Source of the DNA: a virus | IMG/VR virus record: IMGVR_UViG_3300045988_038936 | Coordinates: 1 to 44,214 of that record | Direction: 5' to 3' (one strand) | DNA length: 44,214 bases | In this document: in pieces, positions 6,844 through 14,083 of the stretch | Position numbering within the stretch: position 1 is the first letter of the stretch | Layout of the letters: each line of letters begins with the position of its first letter | Program-made: the position numbers and the translations under genes | The notes under the pieces: model-generated | The model's database searches: none | Told to the model about the DNA's origin: nothing | Seen by the model: the letters and a program-made list of their open reading frames with translations, nothing else

Positions 6844-7554
6844 ATGAGCACCAACGACTACATCACCGACGTCACCGCCAACCTGGCCGAGTGGGGTATC
6901 GACTACCGCGAGACCACTGAGGGTGTCAGTGTCGGCAACATTCACCTCGAGATCGCCGAGGATGGATACCGCCCCACTGGCACTATCTTGGACGGCACTG
7001 AGGCGGTTGCCATCACCAGCGACGCGGACAAGGCCGCCGCGCTCCTGGCCTTCCCGCTGGCCCGCAGGGCGTGGGACCTGGGGTACGCTGGAAGCTTCGA
7101 GATTGACGTACTGGGTGGCGACCTGGACATGCGGCTGAATTTTGGCACCAGTGACGTCACTATCTCCGGCGACGTCAACGCTAGTGAGGCATTCACGGTG
7201 TCAGAACACCCCTTGTTCCGGCAGGCTGTGGACATGGAAGACTTGGGCGCCGTCATCACTTCCGTCGAACTGGCCTACTCTTCCCCCGAGGAAGCATGGC
7301 AGATACTGTGCGCGTCCAGCGATTTCGAGCACGAGTCGTGGCAGGATATCGTTGAGCGACTGAATGACTCGGTTAGGTTCTACGAGGGTGACCGACTCAC
7401 TAGGGTCGAGTCCTGGGATACGGAGCTGGTCGTCTTGGTTGAGGACTATAACCCTGAGTCCCCGGTCCGCGTGATCGACGTTGCACAGGCGACCGACACG
7501 ACGCACTGGTCTGCTAGTGACGTTGCTGCCGCCGTCCTGTGCGCGATCGCCTGA
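6844..7554 (+). CDS. Hypothetical, strongly acidic protein (236 aa)
   Basis: SD GAAAGGATC; by my count about 45 Asp+Glu versus 12 Lys+Arg. Confidence 0.7.
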   Translation: MSTNDYITDVTANLAEWGIDYRETTEGVSVGNIHLEIAEDGYRPTGTILDGTEAVAITSDADKAAALLAFPLARRAWDLGYAGSFEIDVLGGDLDMRLNFGTSDVTISGDVNASEAFTVSEHPLFRQAVDMEDLGAVITSVELAYSSPEEAWQILCASSDFEHESWQDIVERLNDSVRFYEGDRLTRVESWDTELVVLVEDYNPESPVRVIDVAQATDTTHWSASDVAAAVLCAIA

Positions 7555-7560
7555 TATCAG

Positions 7561-7606
7561 GTAGCCCGAATGGTTGTAGCGGGGGTTCGATTCCCTCGCC
7601 GGGTAC
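7561..7606 (+). other. tRNA-derived fragment: D-arm-like GTAGCCCGAATGGTTGTAGC joined directly to a T-arm GGGGG-TTCGATT-CCCTC and a 3' acceptor-like strand; no anticodon arm
   Basis: Canonical T-loop TTCGATT; no complementary 5' acceptor strand and no anticodon stem-loop, so not a functional tRNA. Confidence 0.5.
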
Positions 7607-7643
7607 GACATTCATTCATCTACCCACACGTAGGAGTCACACC

Positions 7644-7940
7644 ATGATCGCCACCGAGGACCGTCTCGCTCACGCGCTCGAGACAGCTGTAGACGACATC
7701 GAATTCAGTCTGGACGCGGCGTCCATTGATTTCGAGGTCATGACGTCACCGAACACTAACCAGTACATCATCGTCTACGCGGAGGGTGAGCGCCACGCCT
7801 ACGTCACCGCCGAACTGTCTTGGGGTGGTGAGCCCATGGTGTTTGTTGACATCTACAGTGTGGACGCCGATGGTGCGGAGTGCTGGGTGCGCGGCGACCT
7901 GACTATCGACGCAGCCATCCCATACATCATCAACGCCTGA
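7644..7940 (+). CDS. Hypothetical acidic protein (98 aa)
   Basis: ATG 7644 after GTAGGAG; about 19 Asp+Glu versus 3 Lys+Arg. Confidence 0.65.
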   Translation: MIATEDRLAHALETAVDDIEFSLDAASIDFEVMTSPNTNQYIIVYAEGERHAYVTAELSWGGEPMVFVDIYSVDADGAECWVRGDLTIDAAIPYIINA

Positions 7941-7968
7941 ACATCAGCGAACCGAAAGGAACGAAACC

Positions 7969-8445
7969 ATGAGCACTGTAGCCGAGCGCGTGCGCCTAGC
8001 ATTCAACGCGGCCACGGGAGAAAGTAAGCCCGCATCATCCTCATGGGTGGCCGCTAATCCGACGCACTACCTGGAAGTGCGGAACATTCTGGGTACGCGG
8101 CGACGCGAAGCGGTAGCCCAAGTAACGGCATTGGATTCGCTGGGCATCAAGTATCTGGCCGTAAGGAGCCAGGAGTGGACCAGTGTCGACGCGATGACTC
8201 ACCTATTAAACGATGCTGAACGGCGAGTGAAGGCCCTTGTGGCGCTGGCCGACATGCTCGGCTCAAGCGGCTGGCACGTCAGCCCCATCCGGGAACCGCT
8301 AACCTGCGGCGGCCTGGTCGCCACCAAGGATGGGAATCGGGTTCAGGTGTATTCGAATGGCGACGTGAGCGGACATGACGACGTAGCGGTCCGGTTCGCC
8401 AAGGACGCATTCGAGGTGGCGCTCGAGCGAGCACAAGCCAGCTAG
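7969..8445 (+). CDS. Hypothetical protein (158 aa)
   Basis: SD GAAAGGAAC 6 nt upstream of ATG. Confidence 0.7.
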   Translation: MSTVAERVRLAFNAATGESKPASSSWVAANPTHYLEVRNILGTRRREAVAQVTALDSLGIKYLAVRSQEWTSVDAMTHLLNDAERRVKALVALADMLGSSGWHVSPIREPLTCGGLVATKDGNRVQVYSNGDVSGHDDVAVRFAKDAFEVALERAQAS

Positions 8446-8480
8446 TCGGGATGGCCGGCCACGCAGTGTAGTGGCCGCGC

Positions 8481-8724
8481 CACCTCACCTAGAGGATGAT
8501 ACGCAGCGGGAAACGCAGGGATTGCGGAGTAGCGCTTGCGCATGTTGGTTGAGAACTACATAGAGGAACGGCCATAGGTGGCAGGCCCCGCACGCACGGC
8601 GCCGCCTCGCGTAGTCGATACAGTCTGCCCACCTATGAGTCACCTAGACCGCCCTACTGTCTAATATCTACCGACAGAGGTTTGCTGTGATCCATTTTTG
8701 GTCTAGGTGGCCCATAGGTGACCC
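8481..8724. repeat. Six copies of a YCACCTAK motif in a 310-bp non-coding gap, including a 22-bp inverted pair flanking an AT-richer 49-bp spacer
   Basis: Copies at 8485-8493, 8572-8581(rev), 8629-8639, 8640-8650, 8700-8710(rev), 8711-8724(rev). Confidence 0.7.
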
Positions 8725-8754
8725 GAACAGTTCGGGACCTGGAAAGGAACGATC

Positions 8755-9039
8755 ATGGCTAGTGGACACGTCACGTTTGATGGTGTCAGTGAGCCTATCC
8801 ACTACACGTGGATAGGTGAGGCCCTTGCTCAGTCGGGCGCCCCCACGCTCTCAGCTAACTTGCAGTCCTGGGACTTGCTTGACGCCCTGTTCCCCGACAA
8901 TCCCCATCTCTGGAACGTCGGCAAGTACCTCACCCGGTTCGGCCGCAAGGGAGGTGCGAGCAAGCGCGTAGAGGACCTGCGCAAGGCCGCAACCTACCTC
9001 GAACGCGCCATCAAGGCGGAGGAGAACCATGCCAGCTGA
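8755..9039 (+). CDS. DUF3310-like (SaV-like) protein
   Basis: WNVGKYLTRFGRKGGASKRVEDLRKAATYLERAI resembles the DUF3310 signature; SD GAAAGGAAC. Confidence 0.55.
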   Translation: MASGHVTFDGVSEPIHYTWIGEALAQSGAPTLSANLQSWDLLDALFPDNPHLWNVGKYLTRFGRKGGASKRVEDLRKAATYLERAIKAEENHAS

Positions 9040-9262
9040 CGCACCGCTCGAGCACCGCCTCATCACGCACGCGGACATGCGACGCATGCCCGACGGGGTC
9101 ACCGTATACAACGATCTACACGAACCATGGGTTAAGCACGGCCCATGGTGGCACCTCGAGGATGGCGACACTCGCCTACTCGGCACCGAACTCAAGCGCC
9201 TATCAGCGTGGCTGTACACGCTCGAGCCATTCAACCCTGCCCGATACATCCGGCAGCACTAA
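9029..9262 (+). CDS. Hypothetical protein (77 aa)
   Basis: ATG 9029 after GGAGGAG; overlaps the upstream gene by 11 nt. Confidence 0.6.
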   Translation: MPADAPLEHRLITHADMRRMPDGVTVYNDLHEPWVKHGPWWHLEDGDTRLLGTELKRLSAWLYTLEPFNPARYIRQH

Positions 9263-9289
9263 CCCCACACACCGGAAGGAACACACACC

Positions 9290-9754
9290 ATGACCACACC
9301 CATTGATGTCACCGACGTAGCACACCAGCTGGCCCAAATGTGGCCCCACGCGCGCATGCACGTAGCCCCCACGCCCATGGGTCATACGGTAGTGCTTGGC
9401 GCTACCGCAGCGGAACTCACCCCCGATTGGTGGACAGTCCGCAAGCCCTCCCAGCCCGATCGGTTCTGGGGGTACGTCGAATGCGATGAGGTCGTCATCG
9501 CGGACACGCTAGCTGAGGCGAACGCCCATAACCATCATGACTCCGTGCGGGGTCGCGTTACCGCGTTCGATCAGCGCTTGAAGGTGCGGCGCGTCGGGGA
9601 CGCGTACAGCATCACCACGGCGGAATCGGAGACCATCACCATTGCTCCGGTCGGGGGCAGGATCGCCGTGACCGCCGGCGGTGTGACCCATTATGTTGCG
9701 ACGATGGGTAACGCGATCATGGCCACGGGGTCTCTGGTGGCTTCCACGAAGTAG
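9290..9754 (+). CDS. Hypothetical protein (154 aa)
   Basis: SD GGAAGGAAC upstream. Confidence 0.65.
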   Translation: MTTPIDVTDVAHQLAQMWPHARMHVAPTPMGHTVVLGATAAELTPDWWTVRKPSQPDRFWGYVECDEVVIADTLAEANAHNHHDSVRGRVTAFDQRLKVRRVGDAYSITTAESETITIAPVGGRIAVTAGGVTHYVATMGNAIMATGSLVASTK

Positions 9755-9760
9755 CTTCCA

Positions 9761-9836
9761 GAATAGGGGGTTCCCAAAAGAATAGGGGCCTCCCAACGGA
9801 ACAGGGGGTTCCCAAAAGAATAGGGGCCTCCCAGGA
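9761..9836. repeat. Iteron array 1: four head-to-tail 19-bp units (GAAYAGGGGNYTCCCARNR), intergenic
   Basis: Units at 9761, 9780, 9799, 9818; units 1/3 and 2/4 nearly identical. Confidence 0.9.
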
Positions 9837-9847
9837 AAGGAACACAG

Positions 9848-10510
9848 ATGGCAGAACAGGTAACAGTCCACCAGGCACTAAGTAAGGTCATGGGGGACGT
9901 TCAGGCGGTCAAGAAGGACAGCAAGAACCAGGCCCAGCGATTCAACTTCCGTGGCATCGACGCGGTAATGAACGCGGTAGGGCCCGCACTACGCAAGCAC
10001 GGAGTGACCATCCTCCCCGAGGATGTGGAAGTCCACCGCAGCAACGGAACCACAGCAAGCGGAAAGCAGACAGCCGAGGTGATCGTCAAGGTCACCTACC
10101 GGGTCTACGGCCCAGCTGGGGACAGCATCCACGGGAAGGTCGCGGCCGAGGCAATGGACTTCGGTGACAAGGCGATCGCCAAGGCGATGAGTGTCGCCTA
10201 CCGGACGTTCCTCCTGCAGGCGCTCACCATTCCCACGGATGAGCCTGACCCGGACAGTGAGTCCTACGAGAGGGGGGTTCCCAGCGGAACAGGGACCTCC
10301 CAGCGGAACAGGGACCTCCCAGCGGAACAGGGGGTTCCCAAGAGAACAGCGGCCGAGCAGTGCGGAACCATCCTTGACGGGTTCTGCGCCACTCACCACC
10401 TGGACGGCGACAAGGTGCGCGAGGAGTACTTCGCAGCAGGAGGCAAGGCCAACCCGGACATGCTCAGGGCGTGGCTGGCACAGAACTACGGGGCAGGGAA
10501 GGTCCAGTGA
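9848..10510 (+). CDS. erf: ERF-family single-strand annealing recombinase
   Basis: ALSKVMGDVQAVKKDSKNQAQRFNFRGIDAVMNAVGPALRKHGVTI is a typical ERF core; the linker then C-terminal domain follow. Confidence 0.8.
   Translation: MAEQVTVHQALSKVMGDVQAVKKDSKNQAQRFNFRGIDAVMNAVGPALRKHGVTILPEDVEVHRSNGTTASGKQTAEVIVKVTYRVYGPAGDSIHGKVAAEAMDFGDKAIAKAMSVAYRTFLLQALTIPTDEPDPDSESYERGVPSGTGTSQRNRDLPAEQGVPKRTAAEQCGTILDGFCATHHLDGDKVREEYFAAGGKANPDMLRAWLAQNYGAGKVQ
10268..10343. repeat. Iteron array 2: four 19-bp units inside the erf linker coding sequence
   Basis: Units at 10268, 10287, 10306, 10325; 10287-10305 and 10306-10324 are identical but translated in different frames. Confidence 0.9.
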
Positions 10511-10959
10511 GCAAGGAGAACGCACTCCGCAGGGCGGCCATCGCGGCGCACATTGCCAAGGTGGCCTCCCAGGAGAAGAAGAAGGCCCTCAAGGAACTTG
10601 AGGAGTACATGGCCCCGGGCGACACATCCAAGCCCATGATCGACGGCCTCCAGGTCGGTACGGTGAGCGTCAGCGCACCACAGCCCCGCTACCAGGTGGT
10701 AGACGAGAAGGCCCTCGTGGCCTGGCTCGAGTGGAACAAGCCTGACGCCGTACACAAGGTACCCGCCCCATGGTTCGTCGCCACTGCCGCCCTGGATGGG
10801 TTCATCAAACAGACCGGGGAGGTCCCCGACGGGGTAGAGGTCGTTCGGGGTGACCCGCGCATCTCGGTGCGAATCTCAACAGCCCAGGAGGAGGCTATCC
10901 GCGACCTCATCTCCACAGGCGACATCAGCCTCCTCGAAATCGAGGGTGGGGATGTGTAG
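10507..10959 (+). CDS. Hypothetical protein with N-terminal coiled coil (recombination-module accessory; function unknown)
   Basis: GTGA start/stop overlap with erf; KVASQEKKKALKELEEYM helix. Confidence 0.6.
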   Translation: MSKENALRRAAIAAHIAKVASQEKKKALKELEEYMAPGDTSKPMIDGLQVGTVSVSAPQPRYQVVDEKALVAWLEWNKPDAVHKVPAPWFVATAALDGFIKQTGEVPDGVEVVRGDPRISVRISTAQEEAIRDLISTGDISLLEIEGGDV

Positions 10960-11329
10960 AAAGGGGGCTCCCAGGAAAACAGGGCCCTCCCAGGAAACAA
11001 GGGAGCTCGTGTACGAGAGGGACGGTTACCGGTGTGCTCGCTGCGGAAGGTATGCCGGTAACGGCCCCATGAGCATCCAGCACAGGAGGGCTCGTGGCAT
11101 GGGGGGCAGTAAGGCCCCCAACACGAACAGCCCCAGCAACCTTATCCTCCTTTGTGGGGATGGGGTGCGGGGCTGTCACGGGCACATCGAGCAGAACAGG
11201 GATGAGGCGCGGCGTACGGGGTTTAACGTGCCCCAGTTCGTAGCCAACCCTGAAAGCATCCCGGTCGCCTACTGGGATGGAAGGACCTACAAGCTCAACG
11301 ACGAAGGAGGCAGAGAGTGCTTGACATAG
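10952..11329 (+). CDS. HNH endonuclease
   Basis: RELVYERDGYRCARCG...SIQHRRARGMGG...NLILLCGDGVRGCHGHIE; alternative GTG start at 11008 would leave the iterons non-coding. Confidence 0.75.
   Translation: MCRKGAPRKTGPSQETRELVYERDGYRCARCGRYAGNGPMSIQHRRARGMGGSKAPNTNSPSNLILLCGDGVRGCHGHIEQNRDEARRTGFNVPQFVANPESIPVAYWDGRTYKLNDEGGRECLT
10958..11014. repeat. Iteron array 3: two good units plus one degenerate 19-bp unit
   Basis: Units at 10958, 10977 and a degenerate one at 10996. Confidence 0.8.
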
Positions 11330-11541
11330 GTGAGATCACGTACACATACGCGACCATCACGTGCGACTGGCCCGCATGCAGTAACCGCATCAAATTCACC
11401 CCAGGCCCACAGGATGTGCGTCGTGAACGCGCCGACATGTCCACACTGTGCGACCTGGCATCAGATTGGGGTTGGATCATCGATGATGGCCCCCACCCGG
11501 AGACAATCTGCCCCTACCACAATCAGAAGGAGATGAAATGA
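11317..11541 (+). CDS. Small Cys-rich (zinc-ribbon-like) protein, paralog family member A
   Basis: GTG start; CDWPAC ... DWGW ... ICPYH. Confidence 0.55.
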   Translation: MLDIGEITYTYATITCDWPACSNRIKFTPGPQDVRRERADMSTLCDLASDWGWIIDDGPHPETICPYHNQKEMK

Positions 11542-11951
11542 ACACTGACGATAAGGACATCCAGGACCGCCTAGAGCGGATTCGGGCCCGAGTGGACAAC
11601 TGGGAGCGGGGCGAGGGGTATCGACCTAGCGAATTGCCCCAGGATGTGCCCGTGCATGACGTCATCTTTCTCTTAAAGCGCATCGGCGATCTAGAGGCCG
11701 AGGCCCGCGATAAGGGTGTGGGGGCGGAGCGACATAATTCCCCCCTCGAAGAGTGTGAGAGCTCTCGCTCACGCGAATATACCGGCGACGGCAGCGAACT
11801 GCCACCTGGCACCATTGTAATCGACTGCCAGGGCGACTCCTGGCAACGCGGCACCACTCACTGGGTATGTGCCTATGGGCTGCAGGAGGAGCGCCTCGTT
11901 AAGGTATGGGGTCCGTACACCATTGCCTACACCCCCAAGGAGAAGTCATGA
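11538..11951 (+). CDS. Hypothetical protein (137 aa)
   Basis: ATGA overlap, SD AAGGAG. Confidence 0.65.
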   Translation: MNTDDKDIQDRLERIRARVDNWERGEGYRPSELPQDVPVHDVIFLLKRIGDLEAEARDKGVGAERHNSPLEECESSRSREYTGDGSELPPGTIVIDCQGDSWQRGTTHWVCAYGLQEERLVKVWGPYTIAYTPKEKS

Positions 11952-12154
11952 CCGCTATGCTCACGGTTACGCTACTGATCGCGTTCGCTGCGCTCGTGTA
12001 CGCAGTCTATAAGGGTGGCCAGTGCGAGGTGCTCGCCATGGAGAATGCGCGACTCCTTACTTCAGCTCAGAGCTGGAGGACGGCTTACGAGAACGTGAGA
12101 GATGAGAACCGAGCTGTCACCCATCTAGGTGGTATTCGTGGCGAGGACTCGTAA
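11948..12154 (+). CDS. Small membrane protein (68 aa)
   Basis: ATGA overlap; TM segment MLTVTLLIAFAALVYAVY. Confidence 0.55.
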   Translation: MTAMLTVTLLIAFAALVYAVYKGGQCEVLAMENARLLTSAQSWRTAYENVRDENRAVTHLGGIRGEDS

Positions 12155-12497
12155 GAGCGCCAAGGCTGCGGGGGCGCGGTTCGAAAGAGTGGTCGCCGAC
12201 TACCTCGCCGAGGAGTTGGCTGACGACAGGATCGACCGCGCCCCCAAGGCTGGGGCCAAGGATAAGGGCGACATCGCCAACGTCCGCATGGGTGACCACA
12301 AGATCGTCATCGAATGCAAGGATGTGGCACGCATGGACCTGCCGAAGTGGACGCACGAAGCCCAGGTTGAAGCTGAGAACGCGAGCGCTCTCGTCGGCAT
12401 CGTTGTCCACAAGCGACACGGAGTTGCCAAGCCTGGCCAGCAATGGGCTACAATGACACTCGGAGACCTCACCAGACTCCTGAAAGGAAACCAATGA
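12129..12497 (+). CDS. Hjc-like PD-(D/E)XK Holliday junction resolvase
   Basis: GARFERVVADYL ... KGDIANV ... IVIECKD matches the archaeal-Hjc type motif order. Confidence 0.7.
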   Translation: MVFVARTRKSAKAAGARFERVVADYLAEELADDRIDRAPKAGAKDKGDIANVRMGDHKIVIECKDVARMDLPKWTHEAQVEAENASALVGIVVHKRHGVAKPGQQWATMTLGDLTRLLKGNQ

Positions 12498-12682
12498 AAA
12501 CCATCCCCGGCTACCTCAGTAAGAATGAGGCGGCCCACATGCTCGGCATCACCCGCCGAACACTCGACCGACACATCCAGAAGAGCAAGACACCCACCTT
12601 CCGATTCGTCGGAGACCCCACCATCTACGTCCAAGAACACGACATCAAGAAGCTCTTCTCCCCCATCCGAAAGGCAAACTAA
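12494..12682 (+). CDS. Small HTH DNA-binding protein
   Basis: ATGA overlap; LSKNEAAHMLGITRRTLDRHIQ. Confidence 0.65.
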   Translation: MKTIPGYLSKNEAAHMLGITRRTLDRHIQKSKTPTFRFVGDPTIYVQEHDIKKLFSPIRKAN

Positions 12683-12684
12683 CC

Positions 12685-13101
12685 ATGGCATGCGACATCA
12701 CCGTCGAAGGCAACCTCGGCCAGGACCCTGAGGTCAAGTACACGCAGTCCGGACAGCAGATCACCGAGCTCCGAATCGCCGCAACAGCATCCCGCAAGAC
12801 CCAGGACGGCAGTTGGGAGGACGACGGAGACCCCCTGTGGGTCACCGCCTCCTTCTGGGGTGAGCAGCACGGCCACCTCGCCGACACCCTCAAGAAGGGC
12901 GACAAGGTCACCGTGACCGGCCTCCTCATCCAGCGCGGATGGGACGGCAACGACGGCCAGCGACGCACCAGCCTGGAAGTGAAGTTCCCCCGCTTCCGTG
13001 GCGTCATCCCTCGCCGCAACAGCCAGCAGCAAACCGGATTCAACGCCCCCAAGGGCGGCCAGCAGGGCGACCCCTGGGCACAGGCTGGCGCACCATTCTG
13101 A
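12685..13101 (+). CDS. ssb: Single-stranded DNA-binding protein
   Basis: OB-fold N-terminus ITVEGNLGQDPEVKYTQSGQ...; Gln/Gly-rich tail ending DPWAQAGAPF. Confidence 0.85.
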   Translation: MACDITVEGNLGQDPEVKYTQSGQQITELRIAATASRKTQDGSWEDDGDPLWVTASFWGEQHGHLADTLKKGDKVTVTGLLIQRGWDGNDGQRRTSLEVKFPRFRGVIPRRNSQQQTGFNAPKGGQQGDPWAQAGAPF

Positions 13102-13102
13102 C

Positions 13103-13396
13103 GTGCACCTCAAACGCAAGACGACACACCCCACCTCCAGGGGACAGGTCATCTGCGACGCCTGCTTCACCACAATCAGGCAAGGGCTCATGTACCGGAG
13201 GGACACCTGGAAGGACGGAACCTACCACTGGTCCCTCCGGTACTGCCCAGACTGCTGGCTCATCCTCGACGAGGTAGAAGCCACAACACACCCCACCTAC
13301 GGCGGCCCAGGCGCCGAACACTACGAGCAATGGGCGGCCACAAACACGGAAATCAGCAAGGCTCAGGCATGGATGATGCGCGCATGGCCCAGCTAG
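13103..13396 (+). CDS. Hypothetical Cys-containing protein (ICDAC ... YCPDCW)
   Basis: GTG 13103 directly after the ssb stop. Confidence 0.5.
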   Translation: MHLKRKTTHPTSRGQVICDACFTTIRQGLMYRRDTWKDGTYHWSLRYCPDCWLILDEVEATTHPTYGGPGAEHYEQWAATNTEISKAQAWMMRAWPS

Positions 13397-13406
13397 AAAG
13401 GTACAC

Positions 13407-13610
13407 ATGGTAGACATCAAGCTCCACGGCACCCAGTGGATCGCCCGCATCGAATGCACCCAGTGTGGCATCACCCGCATCGAGCAGGCGCACCCGCGCA
13501 CCAAGCCGTGGGCGGCAGTCGAATCAACCATCAAGACCACGGCTCGTACTCTCGGCTGGAAAGTCGGGGCCGAGACCGCCATCTGCGGAGCATGCAGGAG
13601 GAACAAATGA
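13407..13610 (+). CDS. Small zinc-ribbon-like protein, paralog family member B
   Basis: SD GAAAGGTAC; CTQC ... LGW ... ICGAC. Confidence 0.6.
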   Translation: MVDIKLHGTQWIARIECTQCGITRIEQAHPRTKPWAAVESTIKTTARTLGWKVGAETAICGACRRNK

Positions 13611-13828
13611 CCACTATCTACCAAGCCTACGATCTTTTAACGAACACCAGGCAAGCAACAGTGAAGTGCGACCAATGCGGTAAGCGTGCGTCAATCACTA
13701 TCAATCCAGGCAGTGCATACGAGGACAACCAGAGGGAACTGGTCGACACCCTCCTCTCATATGGCTGGGACTTTGAACTCACCAGCGACGGGCACTGCCT
13801 ATGCTCGCAGCACAAGGAGGAGAAGTGA
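13607..13828 (+). CDS. Small zinc-ribbon-like protein, paralog family member C
   Basis: ATGA overlap; CDQC ... YGW ... HCLCSQH. Confidence 0.6.
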   Translation: MTTIYQAYDLLTNTRQATVKCDQCGKRASITINPGSAYEDNQRELVDTLLSYGWDFELTSDGHCLCSQHKEEK

Positions 13829-13989
13829 CCAAGACGTGGCGCTACATCGATGCGCGGTGCACCTGGAAGCCCCTCGCCCACTACCTCACATGGAAGTGGA
13901 GGCGACAAGGTTACAGGACCGCATACGTCTCAGTGAGCCCTTGCAAGGCGCTCGTTGGGGCGCTAGACTACAACCATTCCGGTGAGTGA
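13825..13989 (+). CDS. Hypothetical protein (54 aa)
   Basis: GTGA overlap with upstream stop. Confidence 0.4.
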   Translation: MTKTWRYIDARCTWKPLAHYLTWKWRRQGYRTAYVSVSPCKALVGALDYNHSGE

Positions 13990-14013
13990 CTCCGCTGGAT
14001 GTGGGATAGGTGA

Positions 14014-14051
14014 ACGGCCCGGGGATTGACCAAGATGTCTCCCCGGGCCGT
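14014..14051 (+). terminator. 12-bp perfect-stem hairpin (ACGGCCCGGGGA / TCCCCGGGCCGT, 14-nt loop)
   Basis: Read directly; no U-tract, so a terminator or regulatory role is uncertain. Confidence 0.4.
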
Positions 14052-14083
14052 TGCCATACTCTGGATAGAAAGACAAGACACCA

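Noticed and set aside
7530-7606. A complete tRNA gene.
   Set aside because: The T-arm is canonical, but I could not build a 7-bp acceptor stem with any upstream sequence and there is no anticodon stem-loop. It is reported only as a tRNA-derived fragment.
9761-11014. The 19-bp repeats (and the 22-bp terminal repeats) as CRISPR arrays.
   Set aside because: The units are directly abutting, with no unique spacers of 25-40 bp, and no cas genes are present.
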